Shown: in pieces, positions 56,454-64,000 of the stretch | How the letters are laid out: each line of letters opens with the position of its first letter | How positions within the stretch are numbered: position 1 is the stretch's first letter | Source of the DNA: Victivallales bacterium | GTDB taxonomy: Bacteria > Verrucomicrobiota > Lentisphaeria > Victivallales > UBA1829 | Reading direction: 5' to 3' | DNA: 64,000 nt | NCBI GenBank assembly: GCA_045592785.1 | Contig: JAZNVL010000038.1 | Coordinates: 9,836 to 73,835 of the forward strand | Notes under the pieces: model-generated | Seen by the model: only the letters and a program-made list of their open reading frames with translations | What the model was told of the DNA's origin: nothing | Database searches by the model: none | Translations under genes and position numbers: made by a program

Positions 56454-58648
56454 TTTAAGCGCACTCCCGGGGGCGGGATGATTTCCGTTTCCATGCCGGC
56501 AGGAGTCTGCACATCCAGAATCCCATCGGCACAGGAGATCGTGATGTCGCCTTTGACCGTGCGTACCGTTCCGCTGATACAGGAAAGATCACCGGGGCAG
56601 GGGGCGATCCGCACCTTGCCGTAACCGGGAGTCAACGGTGTGACCCCGAGGATCTGTTCTTTGAACTGGACTGCGGGAGTACCGCCCCAGGCGTGACTGA
56701 AATCGCCGCCGCCGTGCCAGGCTTCTTTCAAGCCGCTGGGGTGTTCTTCTGCCGCCGGGATCCACCGGCGGAGCCAGGCGAGCCCGTATTTGCTGAATTT
56801 TCCGCAGATGCGCATGGCTTCGAACAGAAAATGAGAGAAATACATGTTGATGCCGTAAGGGAATTCCCCGCTCATGATCTTCCGGAACAATTCGTCCTGC
56901 CGTTCCACGGGGACCACGCCCGCCGCCAGCAGAGCGACTGCGGTTTGGGGGGAATAAGTATTGTGATCGGGATCGGGTTCCGGCCAACCGTCTTTCTGGT
57001 GGACATTGATCCCGGGGATCCCGTCACGATAGCATTGTGCTTCGTCATCCCACAAATGTTTTTCGATGGCGTTGACGACGGTTTCCCGGATTTTGCGGAA
57101 GCGTTCGACATCGTCGGGTTTGCCGAGACGTTCTGCGAATTCCCCGGCGGTGGCAAGTGCCATGACAAAAAATGCGCTGAATACGCCCATTGCCATGGAT
57201 GCCGGCGGATGATGGAAGGAGAAGGTGATGCCTTCAAAGTCCACCCAGTCGATGAACATGTAATTGCGTCCCTGGGAGAGGAGTCCTTCTTCGCCCATGT
57301 AACCGGTGAAGTACTCAATAACTTTTTCCACTGCTTCGTAACAGAATTTCACGGTGTCCAGGTCTCCGGTTTCCATATAATAATCCCGGAGCATCTTCAC
57401 GAAAAGCAGCGTGTAGGAGGCATGGAACATTTTTGCATTATGCTGTAAAATGAAATATGCGGTCCGTTTCAGATCGGCGGCAGCCAGACGGGTTTCCCCG
57501 TACAGCGCATAACTCATTCTTGCCTCCACCATATAATCTCCGGTGCAGCCCAGTCCTTCCTGATGCACGGGGGAATCCAGATGGAGTCTCTGCATACACA
57601 TGCGCAATGCGGCATCGCAGCAGTGCCGGATCTTCAGCAGAGCGGGATCGGAGCAATGGAATGGGAGGGTTTCGGAAATCGGGAATCCCCGGCGGTAAAC
57701 GGTGATATCCTGCAGACTTGCCACGCATTTACAGAATCCGGTAGGCTTGATCCGAATCGTGACAAACTGGAATGCGTGGAGCCGGGGCGAGCGGAACGTA
57801 TGTTCGCCCGCCGGAACGAGCCAGTTTTCGGTGTAATGGGGCAGCCCTTTCCGTTCCTGATAAAGGATCTCCACCATGAGTTTTCCGTTGGTACGGAAGG
57901 TGAAGGAAAAGTGTCCGGCGATCTCACCGGGAAAATGCAGTTCCACCACGCCGGGCAGATTTTCCAGAATATCACCGAATTGGTAATCGCGGTCGTTATA
58001 GAAAACGGAGCCCGGTTTTTCGGGCGTATTGATCAGCGGCGGAAGATCCAGATCCAGACGTTTCCGTTCGGGACGCGGGAGTACACCTGCGTTATACCAT
58101 TGGGAGTCATCGAAGTCGATGCTGTGGGGATCATTGAGTCCCTTCCAGGCGTTCCAGGTCGTGGGGAAATCCTTCCCGGCGGGGTCTTCGATACAACGCC
58201 AGGAGGTATCGCTGACGATGTGCGCAGAGGTTCCATCGGCGAAGGAGAGCTCCATATCAAAGAAGAACCCGGGCAGTCCGCAGGAATAATCGGTCTGTGC
58301 GAATCCCAGAGTAAAAACTTCAAAGGATATCACATTTTTCCCTGCGTGGAAATACGGGGCAAGATCCCGAGTGTCGGGAATGTACCAGTCGCACGCAGTA
58401 CGGCATCCGTAATCGCCGCCCACATCAATGGGGCCATCTTCCACAAACGCACCGTTGATGAACATGCGGAACCGTGTTTCGCCGGACCATGTTGCCCATG
58501 CTTTGACGGGGATGGAATCCAGTTCAAACGATTTGCGGAAAACACCCATGGTCTGTTTCAATCCGTCATCGAAACAGAAATCGGTGATCCTTGCCTTTTG
58601 AGCGGCGGGGTATTGTTCAGCGGGAAGCCATATCCAAGTTTCGTTCAT
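56450..58648 (-). CDS. putative glycoside hydrolase, alpha-L-rhamnosidase-like (GH78-type six-hairpin)
   Basis: A 732-aa protein. LDSPVHQEGLGCTGDY resembles the D-x-P-x-R-E-R-x-GW-x-GD block of GH78, with a SHAWGGTP-type C-terminal block. AGGAGA RBS. The family call is from memory only. Confidence 0.6.
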   Translation of the reverse strand: MNETWIWLPAEQYPAAQKARITDFCFDDGLKQTMGVFRKSFELDSIPVKAWATWSGETRFRMFINGAFVEDGPIDVGGDYGCRTACDWYIPDTRDLAPYFHAGKNVISFEVFTLGFAQTDYSCGLPGFFFDMELSFADGTSAHIVSDTSWRCIEDPAGKDFPTTWNAWKGLNDPHSIDFDDSQWYNAGVLPRPERKRLDLDLPPLINTPEKPGSVFYNDRDYQFGDILENLPGVVELHFPGEIAGHFSFTFRTNGKLMVEILYQERKGLPHYTENWLVPAGEHTFRSPRLHAFQFVTIRIKPTGFCKCVASLQDITVYRRGFPISETLPFHCSDPALLKIRHCCDAALRMCMQRLHLDSPVHQEGLGCTGDYMVEARMSYALYGETRLAAADLKRTAYFILQHNAKMFHASYTLLFVKMLRDYYMETGDLDTVKFCYEAVEKVIEYFTGYMGEEGLLSQGRNYMFIDWVDFEGITFSFHHPPASMAMGVFSAFFVMALATAGEFAERLGKPDDVERFRKIRETVVNAIEKHLWDDEAQCYRDGIPGINVHQKDGWPEPDPDHNTYSPQTAVALLAAGVVPVERQDELFRKIMSGEFPYGINMYFSHFLFEAMRICGKFSKYGLAWLRRWIPAAEEHPSGLKEAWHGGGDFSHAWGGTPAVQFKEQILGVTPLTPGYGKVRIAPCPGDLSCISGTVRTVKGDITISCADGILDVQTPAGMETEIIPPPGVRLK

Positions 58649-58832
58649 AAATCCTGTTCTCCTGAATCTTGTTTGATATTATGCCGTTACAGTAGCATAT
58701 TTTATATATTTTTCAAACTGTTTTTTTCGAATTTTTTCAAAAAAAGACATGTAAAATAAGGTGTCAACGGCGAAAAATGCCTTTTTTTTTGGAAAAAAGT
58801 CGGAATCCTCATGTTTTTGCGCAAAATCTTCA

Positions 58833-58860
58833 TTGCAAAATCAAAAAGAATGGCTATAAT
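58833..58860 (+). promoter_or_regulatory. sigma-70-type promoter candidate, TTGCAA-N16-TATAAT
   Basis: TTGCAA at 58833-58838 and TATAAT at 58855-58860, ~85 nt upstream of ATG 58947. Confidence 0.5.
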
Positions 58861-58946
58861 ATATAGCAGAGCCCGGAGTTCGTGCGCAGATCTCCCGTCT
58901 CTGACGTTGGTCCCCTATGTCAAAATCTAACCAAGGAGTAATAAAA

Positions 58947-61900
58947 ATGAAAAGACTGCTAACCGTCTCTTTCCTGATTGCAGCTGCGGTCATGTGGGCA
59001 AAAGCGCCCAAGGCTGTCCCTTCCGCAGAACTGGGCACGATCCCGCCTGCAGTCTATGTGACAGACTACTATGCGCCGCCGCCGGACTGGTTCCCCCAGG
59101 TGGCAATTTCGGATTACAGTGTGAATACCCGTGTTCCGGACCTCACCTGGCTGAAATATGATGGTGCCTACGCCATGGCGTTGCGTATCAAGCCTGTGAC
59201 GAAAGAACAGCTGGAAGCGAAAGTGAAAGCCCAGTTGATCGCCGCCGACAAGCTTCCCGCGATCAGCGAGTTTTCCGCCGCAACGGAAAAGAACGGCGCG
59301 AACCGTACGATCCAGGTCGCAAACCTGAACGTCCCCGGTTCCGACTTCATTGAATTTTCGTTCAAGATGCGTGCCAAAACGAAGAACGCCAACCCGAAAG
59401 TCATGGTGAGCGCGGATGGACTGGGACAGATCATTACCTCCAATCCTGCCCATGAAGATAAATCGGTCGTCTGCAAGGATGGCTTCAAGGCTTACAAGCT
59501 CACGCTGAAGACGCATGCAAAATCCAAGCTGTCCGGTTTCAAGATCGTCATCCCGGCGGTGGAAGCATACGATCCGGAAGAAGAATACACGTTCATTGAC
59601 TTCAATGTCAAGCGGAAAGAACCCAAAGCCCGTTTCGCCGATCTTCCCCAGAGACAGTGGATCCTCAAGAGTGCATTCGAAAAAGAAGACCGCGTTCTGA
59701 CCGTGAAAGACGGCATCGCAGATGTCCGTGCGTTCATCGACAGCAATCCGGCGGGCATCGAAAGCATTGCACTTCCCATGGATAAGCAGGATAATCTTGC
59801 CGATCCGCAGTATTCCACGGGTGTTAAATCGAAACTGGTGAAAGAAGTCATCAACGGCGTGGAAGTGGATGCCATTCAGTTCACGCTGACCAAAGGCAAA
59901 CGCTGTTACCTGCGTTTCCCGGTCAAACTGGATGCCACCAAATTCAATACCATGACCATGTTCGCAAAAATGGTGATCCCGGAAGGTCTGCCTTCTCATC
60001 TGTTCTTCGGGGAACATGATATTTACAACGATCTCCACGGGACCAATTGTTACAATCAGAACACGTTCTTTGATTCCTTCTCCTTCGGCTATCACAGCCA
60101 GACCAGCGATAACGCCGAATGGTCCAAATGGGGCGTGCTGCCCGGCCATGTCTGGCACAGCTGGCAGAAGAATGCCAAGGCACCGGAAGGCTGGCGCGTG
60201 CTTGCCCATGACGTCCGCAACGGAGACCCTGTGGGCAACAAAGTCACCACGCTTGATGAAGTGACCCACTGGGTATTCTATTACGATTGCAGCAAGATCC
60301 CGGAAGGCAAAGAGATCATCGTCACGCTGGCGGCACCGAAGGCGACTGCCGGATTGATGCATGCCGGCGGCGATATGAACAAATACAAGGCATTCCAGAA
60401 GGATCTGCCCAAACTGAAAGCCCCGGCGGATCCCTCGAAAGTGGATTACAGCAAATATCTGGAACCGCCTGCGACCAATCGTTTCGCCACACCGCTCCCG
60501 TTGATCCGCAATCATATCGCCGACTTTGAGATCGTGGTCCAGACACGCAACAGAAGTCACAACAATCATTATTCCAACATCATCCGCAGTGCCGCAGGAC
60601 ACTTCATCAATCTTCTGCGGAATAAATACGGATTCGTCAATGAAGTTCCCATTCTGAACCATCCTTCCAAAAAGGACAATGTCAAGATCATTCTCGGCGG
60701 CAACAGTTTTCAGAAAGTGGACCGTGCGCAGTTCCAGGCTGATATGAAACAGCTTAACGGGACCATCGGTTACGCCATCCGTGCCAAAGGAAAACGGATC
60801 TACATCTATTCCGGAGACTACAACTACATGGGCGATGCCCGCGGCGCAGCCAACGGGATGTTCATGCTGGCGGAAAAGAATACCGACTACATCGCCGGTA
60901 TGCAGGGGGATGGTACGCTGTATCCCACCTTCGAAATCACCAAGAACGGCAATTTCGATCTGGTCTGGGGTGACAACGTATTGAGCATTCCCTCCATGCC
61001 GTATTCCGCGGTCTCCAACTCTGCATTCGCATACCTCAATATCAACGGTTCGATATTCGAAGACTCCTGGAATTACCAGGTGTGCCGCGGCGGAAGACGC
61101 GGCACTGCCACCGGACACTGGATGGGGCATATCGGTACCGGATTCTTCGACAAAAAGCGTGGAGAAAACCATACGGAAAATGAAACCTGGGGCGTGGATT
61201 TCAACGGTAAACGTATCAAACCGGATTGCTATACCCGTCACAACTGCATGATCAACTCCATTGAACCGGCGAAGAAAGAATATCTTTCCCGTTATGCGCT
61301 GGCTCCCTTGAAATCCATTTATCATCCGGAAGGCAAAGGATTCTATCACAATACGGTCGATATCCTCGGCTTCTGGCTGGAAGACAATGACAGATACTGT
61401 CTTTGCGAAAAATGCAAGACCCCGATCCGGCTCCCCAACGGGGATCTCCTCAAATACAACGATCCCCAGTTCCGTTGCACTCAGTTCTATATCAACGGTA
61501 CTGCCATGATCCACTATGTCAACGTCCATGCGAAACGGAATATGCAGATCGAGCCCATCGGATATTTCTGGATGGCGAATCCGCCCGCCATTGAGATCTC
61601 CCGGAACTTCTTCATCCGGTTCTGCGCGTACTTCCGTAAATCCTACTTCGAACCCATCTACTCTCCCTGCAACGACTACTTCTGGCGCTGCATGTACCGG
61701 TGGGGTCAGCTGGATGTCAAACAGGGACTCTATGACTACTTCCTGAACGTCAACTTCCGTCCCTGGGGTACCATGACGTATTACGATGCCCAGGCGCAGA
61801 ATGAGATCGGAGTGGAACTCATTTCTCATGAAGGCGACCGGACATTCCGCAATGCGCTGGAACGCTGGGTCACGCTGCGTGTATACCGTGAACCGGGTGC

Positions 61901-62264
61901 GGATGTGAATGAACTGCGGAATTACTTCATTGCCCGTGTGTACCGTGATGTGGCACCGGAAATGGGTGAATTCTACGCCATCTTCTACAACTACATCTTC
62001 CAGGATTTCGGCAAACGTCATCTTATGGAATTGGAAGACTATACCTGGATCGGTGTCCTCATGGATCTGACCAAAGGGAAATCCGGCAAATCCCTGCTGG
62101 AAGAAGCCGATGGTCATGTGAAAGCGGCACTGGAAAAGGTCAAATCGCCCTCTGCCAAACTGGCACTGACGCAATTTGAAAAGCATTGGCGCAACTATTA
62201 CAACGAAGCAAAGAGATACTCTGCCGAGTTGGCAAAGAAGCGCGAAGAATACAGCAAAAAGTAA
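58947..62264 (+). CDS. large secreted protein (1105 aa) with a DUF4838-like C-terminal region
   Basis: Signal peptide [20 protein letters not shown] after AAGGAG. The central and C-terminal parts resemble DUF4838 proteins (IADFEIVV...KIILGGN...GKRIYIYSG; CLCEKCK). The N-terminal ~470 aa are unassigned. Confidence 0.75.
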   Translation: MKRLLTVSFLIAAAVMWAKAPKAVPSAELGTIPPAVYVTDYYAPPPDWFPQVAISDYSVNTRVPDLTWLKYDGAYAMALRIKPVTKEQLEAKVKAQLIAADKLPAISEFSAATEKNGANRTIQVANLNVPGSDFIEFSFKMRAKTKNANPKVMVSADGLGQIITSNPAHEDKSVVCKDGFKAYKLTLKTHAKSKLSGFKIVIPAVEAYDPEEEYTFIDFNVKRKEPKARFADLPQRQWILKSAFEKEDRVLTVKDGIADVRAFIDSNPAGIESIALPMDKQDNLADPQYSTGVKSKLVKEVINGVEVDAIQFTLTKGKRCYLRFPVKLDATKFNTMTMFAKMVIPEGLPSHLFFGEHDIYNDLHGTNCYNQNTFFDSFSFGYHSQTSDNAEWSKWGVLPGHVWHSWQKNAKAPEGWRVLAHDVRNGDPVGNKVTTLDEVTHWVFYYDCSKIPEGKEIIVTLAAPKATAGLMHAGGDMNKYKAFQKDLPKLKAPADPSKVDYSKYLEPPATNRFATPLPLIRNHIADFEIVVQTRNRSHNNHYSNIIRSAAGHFINLLRNKYGFVNEVPILNHPSKKDNVKIILGGNSFQKVDRAQFQADMKQLNGTIGYAIRAKGKRIYIYSGDYNYMGDARGAANGMFMLAEKNTDYIAGMQGDGTLYPTFEITKNGNFDLVWGDNVLSIPSMPYSAVSNSAFAYLNINGSIFEDSWNYQVCRGGRRGTATGHWMGHIGTGFFDKKRGENHTENETWGVDFNGKRIKPDCYTRHNCMINSIEPAKKEYLSRYALAPLKSIYHPEGKGFYHNTVDILGFWLEDNDRYCLCEKCKTPIRLPNGDLLKYNDPQFRCTQFYINGTAMIHYVNVHAKRNMQIEPIGYFWMANPPAIEISRNFFIRFCAYFRKSYFEPIYSPCNDYFWRCMYRWGQLDVKQGLYDYFLNVNFRPWGTMTYYDAQAQNEIGVELISHEGDRTFRNALERWVTLRVYREPGADVNELRNYFIARVYRDVAPEMGEFYAIFYNYIFQDFGKRHLMELEDYTWIGVLMDLTKGKSGKSLLEEADGHVKAALEKVKSPSAKLALTQFEKHWRNYYNEAKRYSAELAKKREEYSKK

Positions 62265-62275
62265 CAGGCATAAGA

Positions 62276-62307
62276 CGCGTCCCGCAGCAGTGCGGGACGC
62301 GCTTTTT
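62276..62307 (+). terminator. rho-independent terminator
   Basis: A 10-bp GC-rich stem (CGCGTCCCGC / GCGGGACGCG) with an AGCAGT loop, followed by CTTTTT. Confidence 0.8.
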
Positions 62308-62350
62308 CACAAAAACGGCAATCGAAAAGGAAGCAAGGAGACAGACAGAG

Positions 62351-63148
62351 ATGCAAAAACAGACATTCACATTGATAGAGTTATTGGTCGTGATCGCAAT
62401 TATCGCCATTCTGGGTGCTATGCTGCTGCCTGCTCTGGGCAGTGCCAAAGATGCCGGAAAAAAGGCAGTATGTATCGGGAATATCAAACAGCATTATCAA
62501 TTGTCAAAAATGTACAGTGATGAATACGGGGATTATGTTCCCGCAATGAGTATCGAATACACACCCAAAAATTATTTCGGTTTGACCAAGCTGATTCTTG
62601 GCGCAGCCAAATACAAATACGAACGCAACGTCACAAAATTCGGGTTCCTGGTCTGTCCCTCTTCCTTCAACGCATCCAAAGCCGGCAATGTCACGCTGGA
62701 TCAATACGATACCGGCGGGCTCTTCGGCTGGTATCTGCGTGCTCCCTGCTATAACGATGTGCAGTACTTCAACGATTCCATCTGGTACGCACACCAGTAT
62801 TGTAACAACATCCAGGCATTGCGTTTTTCCCAGATCAGACGTCCTGCACTGAAAGCGTTTATTGTGGAAGGGATCGGCGGTGGCGGCGGAGACCGGGCAA
62901 AACTTCTTGCCGGTGCCGGAAGTTTTGCCACCACACACATCAACTGGCTCAAAACGTATTACAATGATACCCAGGTCGCCGCATTTGTCAAGGCAGGGAT
63001 CAAAGGACACCACAATGGAGCCCTTACCGGACATTATGATGGGCACGTTTCCCTGCAGAAGAGCGATACGCTCTCACACAGTTTGCTGTGGGGAAAACTC
63101 ACCGCTTCGGCGATGAACAATTCCATTCTGTACCGTCCCAGAAAGTAA
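62351..63148 (+). CDS. prepilin-type N-terminal cleavage/methylation domain protein with a C-terminal H-X9-DG motif (DUF1559-like pseudopilin)
   Basis: [29 protein letters not shown] class III signal, a C-terminal [13 protein letters not shown] (H-x9-DG), and an AAGGAG RBS. Confidence 0.88.
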   Translation: MQKQTFTLIELLVVIAIIAILGAMLLPALGSAKDAGKKAVCIGNIKQHYQLSKMYSDEYGDYVPAMSIEYTPKNYFGLTKLILGAAKYKYERNVTKFGFLVCPSSFNASKAGNVTLDQYDTGGLFGWYLRAPCYNDVQYFNDSIWYAHQYCNNIQALRFSQIRRPALKAFIVEGIGGGGGDRAKLLAGAGSFATTHINWLKTYYNDTQVAAFVKAGIKGHHNGALTGHYDGHVSLQKSDTLSHSLLWGKLTASAMNNSILYRPRK

Positions 63149-63172
63149 CATAACAGAAAGATCTTTTGCACC

Positions 63173-64000
63173 ATGAAAAAAAATCTTGTACTTCTGTTCC
63201 TGATGCCGGTCGCGCTTTTCGCGCAGCTTGTCTTCCCCGCTAAAGATTTTACCCTGAAAATGAAAAATATACCTCAGAAATCCCTGGGGGGAATGGAAGC
63301 ACTGGTCTCGGTCCGCGAATCCACCATGCAGGTCAACGGCAAATCGGTCCCCTGCCGCGAGATCGAAATGAAGTACAGCAGAAAAAACGAGATCACGCTG
63401 GAATATGTCTGCAAAACCCCTGTTGACCTGATGGATCAATGGCATGAACTGGTCTCCCACTGGCAGATCGACGGGGAAGTTCATGTGAACAACCTCACCG
63501 CCATGTCCATCGCCAATGCCGCCGGCGAACGGATGCCGGCACCCCGTCCCGTCAAAAAAGATAACCTTTACGAACTGAAATGGGACCCGATGCATGAACC
63601 GGTGCTGGGACGTCAGCTCCGGGATATGTCCACGCTCACCAAAATCACCATCACGCTCAAAATGGACAGCTGGGAAAATCACAATGCACCCTGTATCTTC
63701 CGGTTTTCCGATTTCACTGTCACGGATAACGACCACTGGGCGCATCAGCCGGAAGTGGAAAAAAAGTGGCGTGCCTGGCTCAAACACAAAAAGGAATTCC
63801 GCGCCGATTATTCCGACAGCAGCAAGTATCTGCTCCCGCCGGAAGAAGGCCGTATCGCGGAACCCCTGTATCTGGTGAAAGACGGCAAGGCGAACGGTGA
63901 GATCATTCTGTATGGGGACAACCCGTACAAAGTCCTGAACTGGGCAGCCCATGATTTCGCGGATCATGTGAAAAAGATCACAGGTGCCACGATCCCTGTT
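63173..64000 (+). CDS. secreted protein, probably a second DUF4838-like paralog (3' end lies outside the window)
   Basis: The frame stays open from ATG 63173 to the window edge (translated by hand, no stops). It has the signal peptide MKKNLVLLFLMPVALFAQ. The segment PLYLVKDGKANGEIILYGDN...AAHDFADHVKKITGATIPV resembles the start of DUF4838-type modules. It is absent from the ORF track because no stop falls within the window. Confidence 0.7.
   Translation, partial: MKKNLVLLFLMPVALFAQLVFPAKDFTLKMKNIPQKSLGGMEALVSVRESTMQVNGKSVPCREIEMKYSRKNEITLEYVCKTPVDLMDQWHELVSHWQIDGEVHVNNLTAMSIANAAGERMPAPRPVKKDNLYELKWDPMHEPVLGRQLRDMSTLTKITITLKMDSWENHNAPCIFRFSDFTVTDNDHWAHQPEVEKKWRAWLKHKKEFRADYSDSSKYLLPPEEGRIAEPLYLVKDGKANGEIILYGDNPYKVLNWAAHDFADHVKKITGATIPV

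Noticed and set aside
58709-58741. A direct repeat of TTTTTCAAA, 24 nt apart, in the divergent region between the GH78-like and DUF4838-like genes. It was considered as a possible AraC half-site pair.
   Set aside because: The motif is short and low-complexity in a very AT-rich region. The spacing does not match the usual ~21-bp AraC half-site arrangement, and there is no supporting conservation data.
58959-62186. A 1075-aa ORF on the minus strand, the longest ORF in the track after its sense partner.
   Set aside because: It is exactly codon-aligned antisense to the 58947-62264 gene, which has a signal peptide, an AAGGAG RBS, a terminator and recognisable family features. The antisense product is low-complexity (rich in G, F, D, H, R and V) and has no RBS. 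Its openness is explained by avoidance of TTA/CTA/TCA codons in the sense gene.
62186-62350. The ORF-track start at 62186 for the pseudopilin gene. Similar N-terminal extensions occur at 5916 (purM), 53691 (glnN), 53655 (regulator), 21264 (HAD), 14193 (nusA), 9378 (truB), 10312 (nrnA), 29562 (hypF-like) and 58917.
   Set aside because: The extensions overlap the upstream gene, a terminator or a promoter, and they carry no homology. In each case an internal ATG preceded by a Shine-Dalgarno-like sequence starts exactly where the conserved protein sequence or signal peptide begins.
1-64000. CRISPR arrays, tRNA/rRNA/tmRNA genes, transposases, integrases, prophage genes, toxin-antitoxin pairs and known defence-system genes.
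   Set aside because: None was seen. Intergenic regions are short (mostly under 300 bp) and hold only promoter- or terminator-like sequence. No repeat-spacer periodicity or cloverleaf-type sequence was recognised by eye, though small RNAs could have been missed without a covariance-model scan.

Overview
This is a gene-dense 64-kb chromosomal segment with about 52 CDS, one RNase P RNA and one pseudogene. I saw no CRISPR array, tRNA/rRNA gene, transposase, integrase or phage gene. All family calls come from motifs read by eye; no searches were run.

**Likely origin (inference):** a PVC-superphylum bacterium (Lentisphaerota/Verrucomicrobiota-like). The evidence is a prepilin-type H-X9-DG protein set between DUF4838-like proteins, plus many AraC/glycan genes.

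**Housekeeping genes:**
- dnaE 3' end, purM and rnpB
- the nusA-infB-rbfA-nrnA-truB operon
- an RpoD-like sigma factor, HU/IHF and rpe
- smpB, and mcsA-mcsB-grpE-dnaJ
- glnN (type III glutamine synthetase)

**Accessory and sugar genes:**
- uxaB-uxaA-lacI-esterase, and uxaC-nagB
- Gfo/Idh/MocA oxidoreductase and a GH78-like hydrolase
- DUF4838-like proteins

**Most interesting observations:**
1. A tightly coupled hydF / divergent hypF-like / secreted helical-repeat operon, with no other hydrogenase maturation genes in the window.
2. A fusion of a TIGR01212-type radical SAM protein with an MnmC-type methyltransferase.
3. A GAF-AAA+-HTH enhancer-binding-type regulator that lacks the GAFTGA loop, divergent from glnN.
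4. A PVC-style glycan locus with a pseudopilin-like H-X9-DG protein.
5. Codon-aligned antisense ORFs up to 1075 codons long across the window, implying near-total avoidance of TTA/CTA/TCA codons.
6. An orphan protein with an H7-DADCHC tract at the tail of the nusA operon.
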